Below are positions 38,684 to 53,071 of a stretch of DNA of 64,000 nucleotides, piece by piece. The notes beneath the pieces were generated by a model. That model did no database searches, was not told where the DNA came from, and saw only the letters and a list, made by a program, of their open reading frames with translations. The position numbers and the translations under genes are program-made. The first letter of the stretch is position 1; each line of letters begins with the position of its first letter. The stretch is from the human T2T-CHM13v2.0 reference genome, Homo sapiens: the NCBI RefSeq assembly GCF_009914755.1, contig NC_060932.1; one strand, given 5' to 3'.

Positions 38684-41600
38684 CTGAAAGGTATTTTATT
38701 ATTGAAGTCAGATAAAGATGCAAATTGCATGAATATCTTTGACTATTATCTACAATTCCAAAGGTAACATAGCCAAAATTCAGAATCTTTCCTTAAAAAC
38801 AGGCATTTCCCATATTGGCCTACTATAGAAATGTTGAAAATTAAAATGTTTTGATTAATTTGCACTCTAATTTACTAGTTTTATACTCTGAATTGCAAAC
38901 CCTACCTATAAAGTATTTATTTCTGTGGACTGTGATAGTCTAGATAGCTCAGGCTTTGAGGTTTGATAATCAAATTTATTAATACCAAGATATTCTAATA
39001 ACATATCATTTCTGTTTGGAAAGAATGCTTACTCAAAGGAAGAGAGCTTGAACTCCTGTTATTCTGAAACTTGGCACATTTCTGGCATAAATATCAATCT
39101 AATTATACATATGGACTGTAAAATCTCAGATCAAATTGCAACTTTTAGTTGGGAGACTCTTCTATTATCCTTAATGAACCCTAAATTAGGTGAGCACACT
39201 TAAGAAATAATTGCTCCATAAAATCCTGTGATGACTCACTGGTAACCACAGTTTTATTATGAGTTGAAGGAACAGAAAGGCATCTGTCCATTATGCATGG
39301 GAGTAGCTCCCAAACACATCTAATGAGTCACCACACACAAGGTCATTGGTCAGTTTGGACCTGGCCAATGTAGTGACAAACAGGCAATACATTAAGAGAA
39401 TAAAACGTAGGCGTATACGTTTTTCCTTTCACAGTACAGCACTTTTAGTTGTTACTAAAAATGTATCTGATTTGAGATTGAAAAAATATCAATAGCAATT
39501 TTATTTAAAGGATGCTGTATCTGTAAAATGTGTGAAGGACTGTTAGGTTCTTCACACATTTTGGGGTGAAAATTTTCGGGTGAAAAAATCCTTGGTCTAT
39601 GTAAAATATCCTTTGTATATGGAAACAGTCCTTCTCACATTCTGGGGTAAAAAAGTTACATATATTTTCGGTAAAAATGCCTAAAGCTGTGTCAAGCAAC
39701 GTACATGACAATGTATCCTACAAATCAGACTTAACAGACTATACCAAGAAAATATCTATTTTTGTATGTTTCATGTGCAGGAAATGTCACGCTAATGTAA
39801 ACCAACTGTACAAGAAAACAGAATATCCTACATACATAAGTAAAAATAAAGCAGGAAACAAAACATGAGAAATTGATTCTTGTTTACATCACCTAGCAAG
39901 AACAAATGCTGACAGTCAGCCTTAGGCAAGGGGGCAAAATCACTCACTAACTGGTATAACATATCACTAATTGTAATTAACCATTTTAATATGCAAATTA
40001 TTATACATTTTAGTGGACACTTTATTTCAAACTATTTGGCTCCATAAATGCCTACACTCAAATTTGGTGAGTAAATGATTCACTCCTTAGCTCTGGTAGG
40101 ACAAGGGAAACACGAACAAAAGCCAGACTTTTCATTTCTGGAGGGTTCATTCTGGACCTCTCGTACCCAGATCCCTTGTCAAGCTCCTTCTCTGCCTGTG
40201 TTCCATCTACTGTTTTGAGTTTCTGGTCTTTTACTTGTTTCTCTTGTCTTCCGTTCTTAATCTTTTCTTCTACAGTTTGATCCTCTCTGCTGATCAGGCA
40301 TTACTTGGAATATTTCCAATCATTTTGACCCCTGCGACTTGGTCAGAGTGATCTCTTGCATTATCCAATGCCTCTGTCTCTCCGAAGTTTTTGCCCAAGA
40401 ATTCCCTGGGCCTGAATTTTCCTTGCCTGGAAAATCAAGCATCAGAAACTATGTGTTTAGGTACATAACCTAAACATAAATATAAACCTTGCTTTCTCAA
40501 AATTCAACTAAAATGGCAAGAGCATCTTTCTGGTTTTGGTGAATACCTTTGTACTCACCATAACATGAATATGGGATTTGGTGAATACTATGCCAGCCTC
40601 TTCAGAAAGTTGTCTATTGAAATTAGCCTAGTCCTGACATTGAATTTGATAAAGAAAGATATAAATATCACAAAACAAACATGATTTCCTGCAATTTTCT
40701 TTACAATTCTTAAGCATAGACAAATATTCGAGTTTACTGGGGAGGTCAGTTACCTTAATCAGGAATACATGCTCTATAGTGGTTAGCTAATATTTACTCA
40801 GAAGTCTACTTTCAATTTTGCTATAATAAATACTTTAGTTATATTTATTTCTAATGAATATACGTCTCCCTGATTAACAGAAGGAATGTTAGAAAAACGA
40901 TTTGTATTGGCAAAACTGTGATTTTCAAAACATGTGAATTGACTGGAAATATGTTTAAAGTATCATCCCTCTTATATTAACAGTATATAAATAGCTCTGA
41001 AGCCCCTTCTCTTGCTCCTGAGACGATGCCACTGTTCTGTATCCAGTTAACGAGGCAGAGGGTTCTGGTTTCCTTACAGTAAGTTTAATTAAGTCCTTCT
41101 CTAAAGTACTATATCATCTGCCTCAATGACTATAATGAGTGGTCAGAATACACACAAAGACACAGAACTGAAATTTCATCAAGCAAATGTTTTTAAACAT
41201 TCTCATGACAAATGGCAAATACATGACAGTGTAGATACAGCATTATTTCTGAGACTTGCTCTCATACTAAATACAGATGCAGCAGCAGAGAAATTTTATG
41301 ATCCTCACCACTAACTGCTGACAGATATCAGTAATTATTTAAAACAATTAATAATTATGAATAATATACTGGCTTAGGTTTGTCTGTAATAGCATTCAAA
41401 TCTTGAAATCCTGAAAAAACAAAAAAAGTAAATGCAAATGGGTTATCTGGGTTACTGTTAAAGTGTTCTCTAAGTATTTGAGTCTATTTATTGAAGAATA
41501 AATAAGTAAAAACACAGAAAGATGACAAACAGATAAATGGGTATTAGCCTTTAGGTTGGAAAAAATTAGAAAAGTTTCAGTCACTTCTATGAAACAGGAA

Positions 41601-42999
41601 CACTATCCTGGAAGACTGAGAATTTGAAAGAACGTCTTATGTATTACTGGAGACTTATGTATTATTTATTGTGTAGTTTTTAAGAGCAGTGTATAGGGAC
41701 AGTCAGAGTACATTATATACTAGTCAGAGTATGAGTGATTATCTCAACAGTTCAGGAAATTATTCAGAAACATTAGAAAGAAAGGAGACATATTGCTGAT
41801 TTTGGGTTAAAGTGAAGAGGATTTAAATAGAATAAATATACAGAAATCTAGGGAAGATTAACCTTAGGAAAGCTTTACATTAAGAGGGTTAAAACATTAA
41901 CTCAAGATACTTCTTTTCTCATGATTAGTAATATTTCGTAACAGGAAATTGTGGACCATTCAATAATGTTAGATGAGCTACAAAAAAATTTTAAAAGTCA
42001 ACTAAAGGAAATAAGGTATTAACTTGTTGATAAAGCTATCATAGTCTTCCTCATACTAGTCGTGCATTATTATGCATCTTAGGGGTTTTCATGAAATATG
42101 TTTATCTTAAAATATAGTAATATATACTTCATGAGGAAAAAGTGCAACTTGAATTGCTGCTCACAGCTTTCTCTGAAAATTCTTCCCCCTGAACTTCTTC
42201 CTTTGGGAAAATACGCTTGATTTCTCCATCCCTGTGGTCGTTCCTGAAAACAGCATTGTTTTCAAGGACAGAAAGGATAGCATAATGTTTTGGTATAAAT
42301 ATCAATGTAATTCCTAAACATCTCAATCCTTTCCAAAAAAGATTAGACGCAGTTCAATATAGCACGCAAAACATCTCATTATCAAAGAATACACGAACTT
42401 ATTTCTGTAAACTAGAAGCATAATTTTACCTTTATGTAAACTAGAATATACGAACTTATTTCTGTAAACTAGAAGCATTTTACCTTGAATAATTCATTAT
42501 TAAATAATTTCTGAAGGAAATTTTAAAATCTCTCTGTAAAATGGTATTCATATCCAAATTAAATTCATGATGAGCTCTTAATTTCACCAACTGCACAATT
42601 TATTGAGGGTTTTAGTGAAAGAGATTCTCTCCTCAATAAGATTCATATACAGCATTCTACTTAGAAAATATTCTCTATCTATATTTTATAATTAGATTTG
42701 ATAGTCTATGTTACTGTTCTAAGGCTATCTGGGTTTTGATTTATTTTACACTTTTTGCCAGTAATTCTTTTTTTCTACAAGTCGTCACAGATTTTCTCTA
42801 TAATCTTATTCCTTTATGATGTTTTATTATTATTTCTTCCTTAGATAACCATTCTTTATCTTTCAACTCTCCTCCTATGTTTTAAATTAAAGCTTACTTT
42901 TATCAATATGTATTCATATAATGTATCTTTGTTATTATGAAAACTTAAGTCTTGCCTAACACAAAAATTAAATCATAAAACTATAAAAGACAATATTAT

Positions 43000-43950
43000 T
43001 GGGGCCCTTCATTTGGAAAATATTTCTTGACACTACCCTATACTCACTTCCCAGTCACAAATTATAAGGAGAAAAATTGATGAATTATATTTCTTCAAAT
43101 GTATATACTTCTGTTTATCAATGACATCATAGATGAAGTTAATCGACAAGATTTTACTATCTAAAATATAACAAACACTTCCTTAATCATTTCAAAAAAT
43201 AATCTGGAATCTCAATAGGAAAAAATAGACAAAAGCTATAAAGAATGAACAAAGGAAAAACCGATTAAAAAGACAGTAATGGTAAATGGTAGGGATATTT
43301 CACCTCATTAATACTCCAATAAATAAAAATTAAGAAAACTACGACATGACATTACACCGCTTTCCAGGAAAACAATAAAGTCAGGTAGTATAATACTAAG
43401 TCCGAGAGAGAGAGACTAAGGACACTCATTTACTGCTCATTGGAATTGAAACTTGGAGAGCCAATGTGGACCGCCATCTCCAGTATTTGATAAAACTGGG
43501 TACATGTGCAAATTAGCACTCAGAAATTTCTCAAAGTGCACCAGAGAAAAATCTCTGCCCACACACAAACTAGGAAAATTATTCTATGATTAAATTAATT
43601 ACAGTGTTTATCATAGTGTCAAATAGTTGTACCCAACCTCCGAATCCATGTAGAGGAATACGTAAGTGAAGAGATACATAGGTAAAGATGTCATCAGAAG
43701 CTATAGGCCAGATGGGCAGCAGCATAGACAGACACTCAATTAAACATTGAATGAGACAAAATAAGAAAAAAAAAAGGTAAATTTAAAACTCAAAACCATT
43801 CGTACAAACTGAACACATACGGAAAACAATATATATTTATATACACACATACACCTATGTACACAAATATACACACTTATATTGGAAGTACCTCTACAAA
43901 TAAAATAAAGAATATACCTATGAGGAAGATATAGTGTTAGGAATGTGGTT
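43000..43950 (+). mobile_element. Highly decayed L1ME-like ORF2 3' region
   Basis: tcaataggaaaaaatagacaaaag, cacctcattaata and acactcatttactgct in L1 order. Confidence 0.6.
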
Positions 43951-44615
43951 GAAATATTTTTTAAAAAAATTACAAATATATAAAGTATATCAAAAGCCAA
44001 AAGAAAGGCTTTTCAAAGATTGATGCTGATATTGTGCCATTCACTGAGATCGACAAAAGGCTGCGTATTTGAGATATAAGAGATAAATAAATTAAACATG
44101 GGGCTAATTATATATTAAGAAGATTAACTCTCTAGGACACATACTGCAGGAGCTAATTCTTGCATTAATTTTGAAGACGCTCCCTAGAGTTTTATATAAG
44201 GAACTGTTTGTGGAAAATATGAGGATCATAATAGCTTTGTAGTCCAATAATTCTTGAGACAATATGAATATTTTAGAAATGTTACTTCTTGAATACTCTT
44301 AAAAAGAGATTATGTTTAAACCAATACCTGCAAAGCTTACAAAAGAGTAAAAGTCCAGGAAGACACCAGGTATATTCTGAACCAATGGCTCTTAAACCAC
44401 GCTCTGGAAAATTCTCAACTTCTGTAGTGATATGGCAGGTTACCCACAATTAAAATTATTGTTTTATATATTTTTTCTTTTCTACAAAGCAAACGTAAAC
44501 TGCTGCCACTTACAATTTAATTTAAACAGATATTTGGCTTCTAAGATGTTTGAAACATCATTCTAGAAAAGAACAAATCACTTTGGTATTTGTACTAAAT
44601 CCATATTATACTTAC

Positions 44616-44751
44616 CCCTCACCAGTACTGAAATCAACTAACTAGGATTTACAAGAATGAAGATCAAACAACAGAACTTGGCGTGAGGCACACACAGTTC
44701 TGAGAAATCAACTGGAGACCAACAATGAGATGCTTACAGTCCTGATTAGCT
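44616..44751 (-). other. Candidate 136-nt exon
   Basis: Acceptor ctcttttctag|AG and donor GGG|gtaagt. Confidence 0.3.
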
Positions 44752-45091
44752 CTAGAAAAGAGCTAGAGCTAGAAAAAGAACTGGGTTCTTATGAGAGAAA
44801 TCATTTCTTTCTAAGGAGTACATATCACAGATAGAGTTACATAGTTAATAAATTAGACAATGGCATTGTTATGGAGTCAAAGTATTTTCAAATACATATA
44901 CTTTAAAAAAGGTGATATTTCTGCCACTGTCAGAGAATTTATAACAATTCAATAACCTTAAATCATATCCCATAAACAACTCAAAATGTTACCATAAAAC
45001 TTTTATTTTTGTTCTCCCTGAAAGCATGGTGCTAGTTTTATGCATGTCACTGGGTCACTGAAATGTAAATAATTTGCCTATAAACTGATAA

Positions 45092-45454
<363 letters not shown>

Positions 45455-45549
45455 CAGTTAACTATTAAGAAGTGCCGCTTCAACTATTGGAGGAGCTAAA
45501 TGCCTCCAATAACTAACTATTCTTAATAAAGAATAAAGGCTGGACAACA

Positions 45550-45665
45550 GTGATCCCAGCACTTTGGGAAGCCAAGGTAGGAGTGTTGCTTGAGGCCAGA
45601 AGTTCAAGTCCAATCTGGGCAACATAGTAAGACCCTGACTCAAAAAATAAAATAAAGAATAAAAA
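45550..45665 (+). mobile_element. FLAM / partial Alu left arm
   Basis: atcccagcactttgggaagccaagg...gggcaacatagtaagaccctg plus A-rich tail. Confidence 0.88.
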
Positions 45666-45950
45666 TTGAGTGCGTCCATTAGGGTTGTCTTCCCTCTCTC
45701 TCTACACTACAACCTATATAAGCTACATGCACAGAAATGAGCCACAATTCACTAACTTTTCTGCAAAGAAGCGCTAATTCCACCTATTTCAACCCTACTA
45801 TTAAAACATACCAAGTACATCCAAAATAATATTTAGGATGTATACAACCAAGAACAAATAACCATTTGAGGAGAAAGAATAGTTATTAATAGTACAGTAT
45901 AATTAACTAATGCATTTTAGAAAGGGCAGTCTGAACAAGGAAAAATTACA

Positions 45951-46010
45951 TATTAGGTTGAATCATGTGAAATTGGTATGCTTTTTCTTTTCTTTTTGGT
46001 CAGAAACAGA
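45951..46010. mobile_element. MADE2-like mariner MITE remnant
   Basis: tattaggttgaatcatgtgaaattg resembles the MADE2 terminal inverted repeat. Confidence 0.45.
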
Positions 46011-46435
46011 TACATAGAAACCACTGAAAATAAAAATTTCTGGTTTTGTTACTTATGTAGCATATCTAAAGTCAGGGCAAAAAAGGTAGTTAATAGAACC
46101 TTTTCTGTCTCTTTGATGAGTTGATGGGAATAATTTGTGACAATTATATAATATTTTTAGGCATTATGGCAAATTTCTCTAAATCATTTTTATCTAAATT
46201 ACCTCAATTGGTCCGCAAAATGTTCAGTAAACTTGGAGACACAGGTATGGTCCTTGTTTTGAAAATGAGGGGAAAAAGTTCAATTATTCAACAAATATTT
46301 ACCTAGTGGCCATTGTATAGCAGACACTAGGCACATGGCAGAGTCTCCATGAGACTGTATTCTACCAAGGGGTATAATAAACAAAGAAATAGATAAATGG
46401 GCAAGTTACAGATTTTTGTTAAGATTCAGAGAACT

Positions 46436-46734
<299 letters not shown>

Positions 46735-49700
46735 AGATTCAGAGAACCTAATTCACTATAAAAAATATTAATATGTCAGAGATACAAAGTTTCTGATATT
46801 CTGAATTCCTAGAATTCTTACTGCATTTATATGCGACGAATAGTTTGTTATTTAATTTCAAAGTGCATTGTATTAGGTTCACCAAATGTTTTTCTTGCAG
46901 ATTAAACTTATCTCTATAATTATGCCTATGTATTTTATGTCATTATTTCTCTCCTAACACCTGGGACAATGCTTGACATAAAATCGGGACTCTAATGATG
47001 AGTCAATTTTTCCAAAATTATTAAGCAGAGGTTTGCAAATCATGTGCATCAAGTTGATTAAGCATCTCATCTAGTTTACACTATTAATCCATTCAGTTAA
47101 TCATTTTACTTTAACATCCAGCCCACTCCTTATGTCAATTACTATAATTTTCAATTAGCAGAGACCAAATTAAAGGAGGCTTGTTACATGCATTCACCTG
47201 TCCTCAAATTATGACTTGTTAGATTGTGAAGCTATCGAAAAATCCTCTAAATCCAGTTGTCTACCTGGCCAAATACATCCCTTTTAAATAATACCTTTTT
47301 TGAAGTGTTTACATATTTTTCTTGGTGTGAACTTCACTGTCTTTAATTAATTTCGTGTTTTAACGTTACAACGTATTTCTCTTACTGAATAGAATTCTGC
47401 CTTTTTATATAAATTTTGTTTCTTTTTCTTTTAAAATCTTAAGAGGTTATCTTAAATTATCTGTGTCTGATTTATCTGTGCTAACCATTCCCAAGTCTTA
47501 TATTACGTCATACTATTTTTTAGTAAATTTTATAAATCAATATGATTTGTTAGGCTTTCAATAAGTTTAACATAAATATTTAAGTCTTTTAGTAAATAAT
47601 ATGTCAAATTTTTAGTTTGGAAATATGGGAATTTTAATTATAAGGCATAGTTCTAACCAATAACTCAGCCTGGTTTGCATCAACACCAATTTGGAGATGT
47701 TTATTCAGCTATTTAAAATTTATTATACCTCATTCTCTTCAAAGCACTCTGGTTTGTCCATCTACTAGTTAAAAGTGTCCCTCAATTCTGTCATCTAGAA
47801 ACCAACAACTCTCCATGGTGTTCTTTGACCAGTGTAGCTATATAGTGGAAACTCATATTTTGCACAGCATATTTCTATGCTTAGCCAAAAACTGTACTAT
47901 ATTTTAACCATTTAACTCTATCATCCCATAAGAGAACTTTTCAGTTAATCTCTCCATTTTTAATGCATTGGCCTCTATCTAGCCACTTATGTCCCCCACC
48001 CTGTGCTTTAATAAGAAGCTGTCTTATCTAAATATAAAACTGTAAGTTTATCATAATTACATTTCACCTTATTTGAGATGTTGCATTCTATAAAACTTAT
48101 GACCCTATTTAGTCTTCAAAGGCTTGTACCATCTTCAAAACCAGTAACATATCTTCCATCTACTCATTTAATCATTTGTTAAATTTGATAAGGATAATTC
48201 CCAGTTGGTTAAAACAGTATTTCTCTAATTTATAATGATTTTCACCAATACACATTGATATATATTTAGTCAGTTAATTAAAATTTATTAAACATCTCTC
48301 ACAGTACCATTTAATACATAAGGACACCAGGAAACAACTTAAAAATGGCTTAACTCAGTGTTTGTAGCATTTACCTAAAACTTATTTTTAGTAAATTTGA
48401 AATCTTACTAAATTTATTAAATCTTAAATTTAGTAAATCTTGAAATCTGTTTTTTTTAAATGTACATAAACATTTGTTAAAAACATTCCCAAAATTCTGG
48501 CTGGTATTGATAAACCATTTTTCTTAACATTAATATTTTCTTAATATTTGAATCTAGAATTCTAGTTCATTTTTTGGGTATACACTGATATTTTATGATG
48601 GACATTAACAGAAAACATCGGTAAAGTAAAAATAAAATGAGCTATTGATTCTTTTAAAGCACTTTGCCCAAAATTTCTTCAAATTTATATATTTTTATTA
48701 TACCTATTATGAAAATAGGAAGACAATGATGTCATTTTATGCCTCATAATACATTTAAGAAATTATTCAGCTTGGCTTATATTGTACATTCATATTCTTA
48801 TTAAAAACCAGATGGCTTTTTCAGAAGCAAAAGTTGAATACATCCTAGAAGATATATAAGCTTAATCAGTGACCTTAAAGTAGATATACTAACAAACATA
48901 TTCTACAATCTATTCCCCAGAACAATTATCACACTTCTAACAATCATATCACTCATTTTTTCACGAATAATACACATCCTTACTTTGAGTATAATGTCAT
49001 ATATTAAAGGGATGCTTCTGCATATGTGCTTTACTATTTTTATAAACTGTCTTCATGAGAAAAGAAGCATTTTGACTCCTCTGACACATCTCAGGTTTAG
49101 TTTTCACCTTTTAAGAGAAAACAGAGTAAGCAGATAATGGCTGTGGCAGGGCTGTAATTCAAATTGTCAAAGTAATCACCATGGTGTCCACATCTGGCTT
49201 CATTAGAACCTAATGACTCACATTTCAAATCTACCTCCTGTCTACTAAATCCCAACAAAATCAGCGGATTCTGACTGATTTACTGATCTCCATATTTCCT
49301 TGGAATACGCAGACACCAATGCCTATTTTTCTTAGGAAAAGACAGCATCAAAAGAAATCTAGGACATTAAATAGCTATTGAATCAAGAGCAGCTGCACAC
49401 TGAAGAAAGTATTTGGTAACTAAGAAAAAAATATATAGCTTCGTGTCAGCCATATAATCCTAGAAAGCTAAACCTGGGCTACCAATCACTAGTTAATTTA
49501 AAAACCAAATACAATTTTTATAAAAATAAAATTTCAGAAATGATAAATACTTCACTGAGAAATGTATCTTGAATTCCCATAATAAAATCTGGCTGCAGAG
49601 TGCTTTACTAATTAATGAAGTAATTTGTTACAATGAGAATATATCTTGAAATGTACACACCTAGGACCATAAAATAGTGCTTGTTTAAAAATATTTATAT

Positions 49701-50203
49701 ATATGAATATATGATTACCATTTTTACCTCTTTCAATCTATTCCTTTCATTTATTTCCTCAAGTATTAATTAGGTTCAGAAACAAGACACATCTTATCTC
49801 TACATGGAAATTCAAATAAAGCCTTGAAAGGCTAAATAATAAAAATTAATATAAGTAATATTTTATCTCTATACTGCAATGATAAATGGATTTTGCACAG
49901 GTCAACAGGTTTTAAAATATTAGTACTATTCTAATAAACTACTGCTTACACTATTTCTGTTTCTTTGTCCCTATATTCAAGGTGAAGAGTAGCTGCACTG
50001 ACGCTATGTAAGCTATTTGCATCTATTTTATTTACACCTATTTGTTTCTTGTTTCTAGACACGTAAGCACCAACACCCAATAAAATGTATGAAATTGTGT
50101 TTTAAATAACAAATAATTTACATGGACCCTAGAGATACAACAAGAAAACATTACCTTTGGAAGTCCTTCTCAGAAGATTACACACATTAAGAGACAGACC
50201 CAC

Positions 50204-50344
50204 CTTGCTCTGGCTTGACTTAATGACTCAAATGCAAAAAGTTATGGTTTGTAGTTTTTATAATGCTTAATGAGCCCTACCCAAAATGACAGAGATCTCC
50301 AATATGGAAAGACTTCCCAATAGACACAATTTATAAAATGTCTC
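50204..50344 (-). other. Candidate 141-nt exon
   Basis: Strong acceptor tttttattttcttctcag|GA; donor AAG|gtgggt (alternative AAG|gtaatg ending at 50155). Confidence 0.35.
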
Positions 50345-50552
50345 CTGAGAAGAAAATAAAAATCCATCTTACCTCAGCATAGAAATGATTAAATATTACT
50401 TTATACTACATGTTGAGAACTATACATATTTAGAATAAAGATTATTTCCAATGCATCATTTTATAAACATTTAAAGAAATTGTGTACATCAAATTAGGAC
50501 AACATAAGATGGAATATAGTAGTGATGTTTCCAAGTTGTCATGGTTACTTAC

Positions 50553-50857
50553 TTGTCAAACAATATTTCTAACTCACACACCATGAGTGTCAGGAATAGA
50601 ACAGCATAGCAAAACTCTGAAAGTCACCATTCACCTGTGAAGGCCAAAATAAAAATGTCAAAGATGATGGCATATCTACAGAGTTTGGCGGAAATTTGAT
50701 GCACCACTCTTTTGCCAGAATGCAGAAGCTTCCAGAATTGATGAAAAATGAAACTTTGAGTTAAACAGTATCTCAACAGGAAATGAAATACATCTTTCTA
50801 TCTTTTGGAAGGTTACCAAGCATGTCTTCTTGCAACTGATCTGCTTCCAATTCTTAA
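50553..50857 (-). other. Candidate exon with two possible donors (ends 50635 or 50553)
   Basis: Strong acceptor tcttttctttttccag|TT; donors CAG|gtgaat and CAA|gtaagt; 60 stop-free codons in one frame. Confidence 0.4.
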
Positions 50858-52408
50858 CTGGAAAAAGAAAAGACTAACACTCCACAGTGAGAGAATAAAT
50901 TGAGTAGCCACGCTTTTATTTAATCATTCTTGTTTGGTTTTAGTTAGTAATTAATTTTGTTTGTCCTATTTTATAAAAATATCATGACAACTTTTCATAA
51001 TGCATGCTGTCATAAATATATATGCCCAATGTGGTAGAATAAATAGAAAGAAAAAAATTTAAAAAGGTGTACAAATATTGGTAAATATCTTTTTAATTAT
51101 ACATTCTCACTGAATGAAAAACAGAAAATCTCATCCTAATTATTCAGCATATCCTTAGAATTTTGATATTAACATAACATTCAAAGACATATTTGCATGA
51201 ACTTCATATTGAAATGTAATTATATAATAAATGCAGATAATGTGTAGAAAAATATGTATCTGTGTACTGCCCTCTTACATATCTAAATATCCAGAACAAC
51301 ACTGTCTTAATTGTGCTCTCACAACTATATGGTCTTAGAGAGTCAAGTTAAATAAATTTGAGAAAACTGCATTCTTAAAGATTCACTATTCATTTTTCCA
51401 TAAGAGCTATGAGATGTTTGTACCAAATATAGCAATAATTTGTTTAAAGCATAATATCTTTGTTCATAATAAACTTTTATTATGTAGGCCTAAAAAGTTT
51501 ATTGTTTCCTAGAAGACTATGTTAAGATGTCTCTGCAACAAAGGTCTGTAACGGATTAGTGTTTCTGACTTTTCTTCTACCATAATATACATTAATTTAA
51601 TTTTCATGATCCTTAGAAAAATCTATTTTATGCAACTGTTATTTTAAATTATGTGTGGGATATATTTAATAAATGATAAGATTGTGTTCATTTAAAAATT
51701 TATATAAAAACAGGTTTTGGAAAATTACCAGTCACAAATCAATGTAGGAAAATGGCACCAGGCAAGAAAGGCAGCACATATTTCTTTAGTCATAGGTTTT
51801 CCAAGTGACGTTGCTTAACAGAAGAATCTATGCAGCTCTCTGGTCATTAGAATGATAAAAGCAAAACTATTTGTCAGAGAAATCCCTGAAAGATCTAATT
51901 TTCAAAAATGTTAGAAGAGAAAAAGAATCAAGTTTGTAGCATAATAAAAAAAAATTAGCTTAGAACACACAAAATTCACATTCTTAATAGTCAGTTTATA
52001 AAATACAAATACATATGTATATAGATGATCTATATTACATCCTTTTTTAAAAGGTGTGAGAGATTACTCAGAAATAAACACTTCTAAAGGGTAAAATTTA
52101 CTTAGAGAAACTATATAACCTGCAACCATATATATCTCTATATATAAAATATAGTTATACACAAACATCATTTTATATATATAAATATGTATGCGTATAT
52201 ATATATAGAGAGTGTGTAATGTCAATTAACTAATGTAATAAACAAAGTAAAATAAGATATCACCGTCATAAATATTTTAATTCACATTTTTGTATGTACA
52301 TCTCTCAACTTTACTCCTAATTCTTTCTCACAATGACAACTGTAGCTTTTTCTAATCATCCTGTATTTATGCTCCTGGTTACCACTGAAAACTCTTATGC
52401 TCTGTTAG

Positions 52409-52482
52409 AGGAATTTTCTCTATCGCTGGAGTTTCGTGGCCCACAAAGAAATACTATTTGGCAAAAGGTCGTTTGGAAGCAG
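52409..52482 (+). other. Candidate 74-nt exon
   Basis: Acceptor tgctctgttag|AG, strong donor CAG|gtaaga, three CpGs, all three frames open. Confidence 0.4.
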
Positions 52483-52765
52483 GTAAGAGACAGTGAAAAA
52501 AAAATGCATTTAAAAAAGGCTTATCAAGAGCGTTCTTTTAGTCATAGCCCATACATTCTACAAATAACATCTATCAGGAAAATAATTCAAGATCTAAATG
52601 GAGAAACATAAAATAACAAAGGCACTTAAAATAATTATAAAATGTTCTTTCAAATGCTATTACAAAAATCTTATCAAAAAGCAGGCAAATCCAGAAGAAA
52701 ACAGATGTTCCACAAATACAATTCATTTCTTTGTATACTTCTGAAAAACACATTAATCCTTTCAG

Positions 52766-53040
52766 TACACTGGAGAGCTACTGTGGGAAAGATTGTTATG
52801 CAGGCACTTCAGAAGGCCTCACGATGTAGAAGAGTTTGCTCCTTTGCTGGGAGCCAGCCCAATATCCCCCCAGATCATTTTTATTTGGCCACCAACACTG
52901 CAAAAACCCTTGCAAGCAAAAGGTGGATTCGGAGAGAGGCATCATTTGGCAATGAGCATGACATATCTTTGCTACATCGAATTTATGTATCTTACCCCAG
53001 TAAAAATATTTTTTTTCAGCTAGTAAAAGCTCTTTCATAA
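52766..53040 (+). other. Candidate downstream (possibly terminal) exon
   Basis: Acceptor taatcctttcag|TA; GC-richer than flanks; two + frames open for ~260 nt. End is set at the ORF stop and the true end is unknown. Confidence 0.3.
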
Positions 53041-53071
53041 CTCTCATACTGCTTTTTCTACCCTCTTTCAT
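52996..53071 (-). pseudogene. Possible decayed coding segment with a Dbl-homology CR1-like motif
   Basis: MKEGRKSSMRVMKELLLAEKKYFYW followed by donor GGG|gtaaga; similarity judged by eye only. Confidence 0.2.

Noticed and set aside
42393-42478. Repeat-spacer-repeat resembling a CRISPR unit
   Set aside because: Only two copies, spacer derived from the repeat, eukaryotic context, no cas genes.
48405-48436. 12-bp-arm AT-rich inverted repeat (similar ones near 40455 and 51470)
   Set aside because: Short and low-complexity; expected in very AT-rich DNA.
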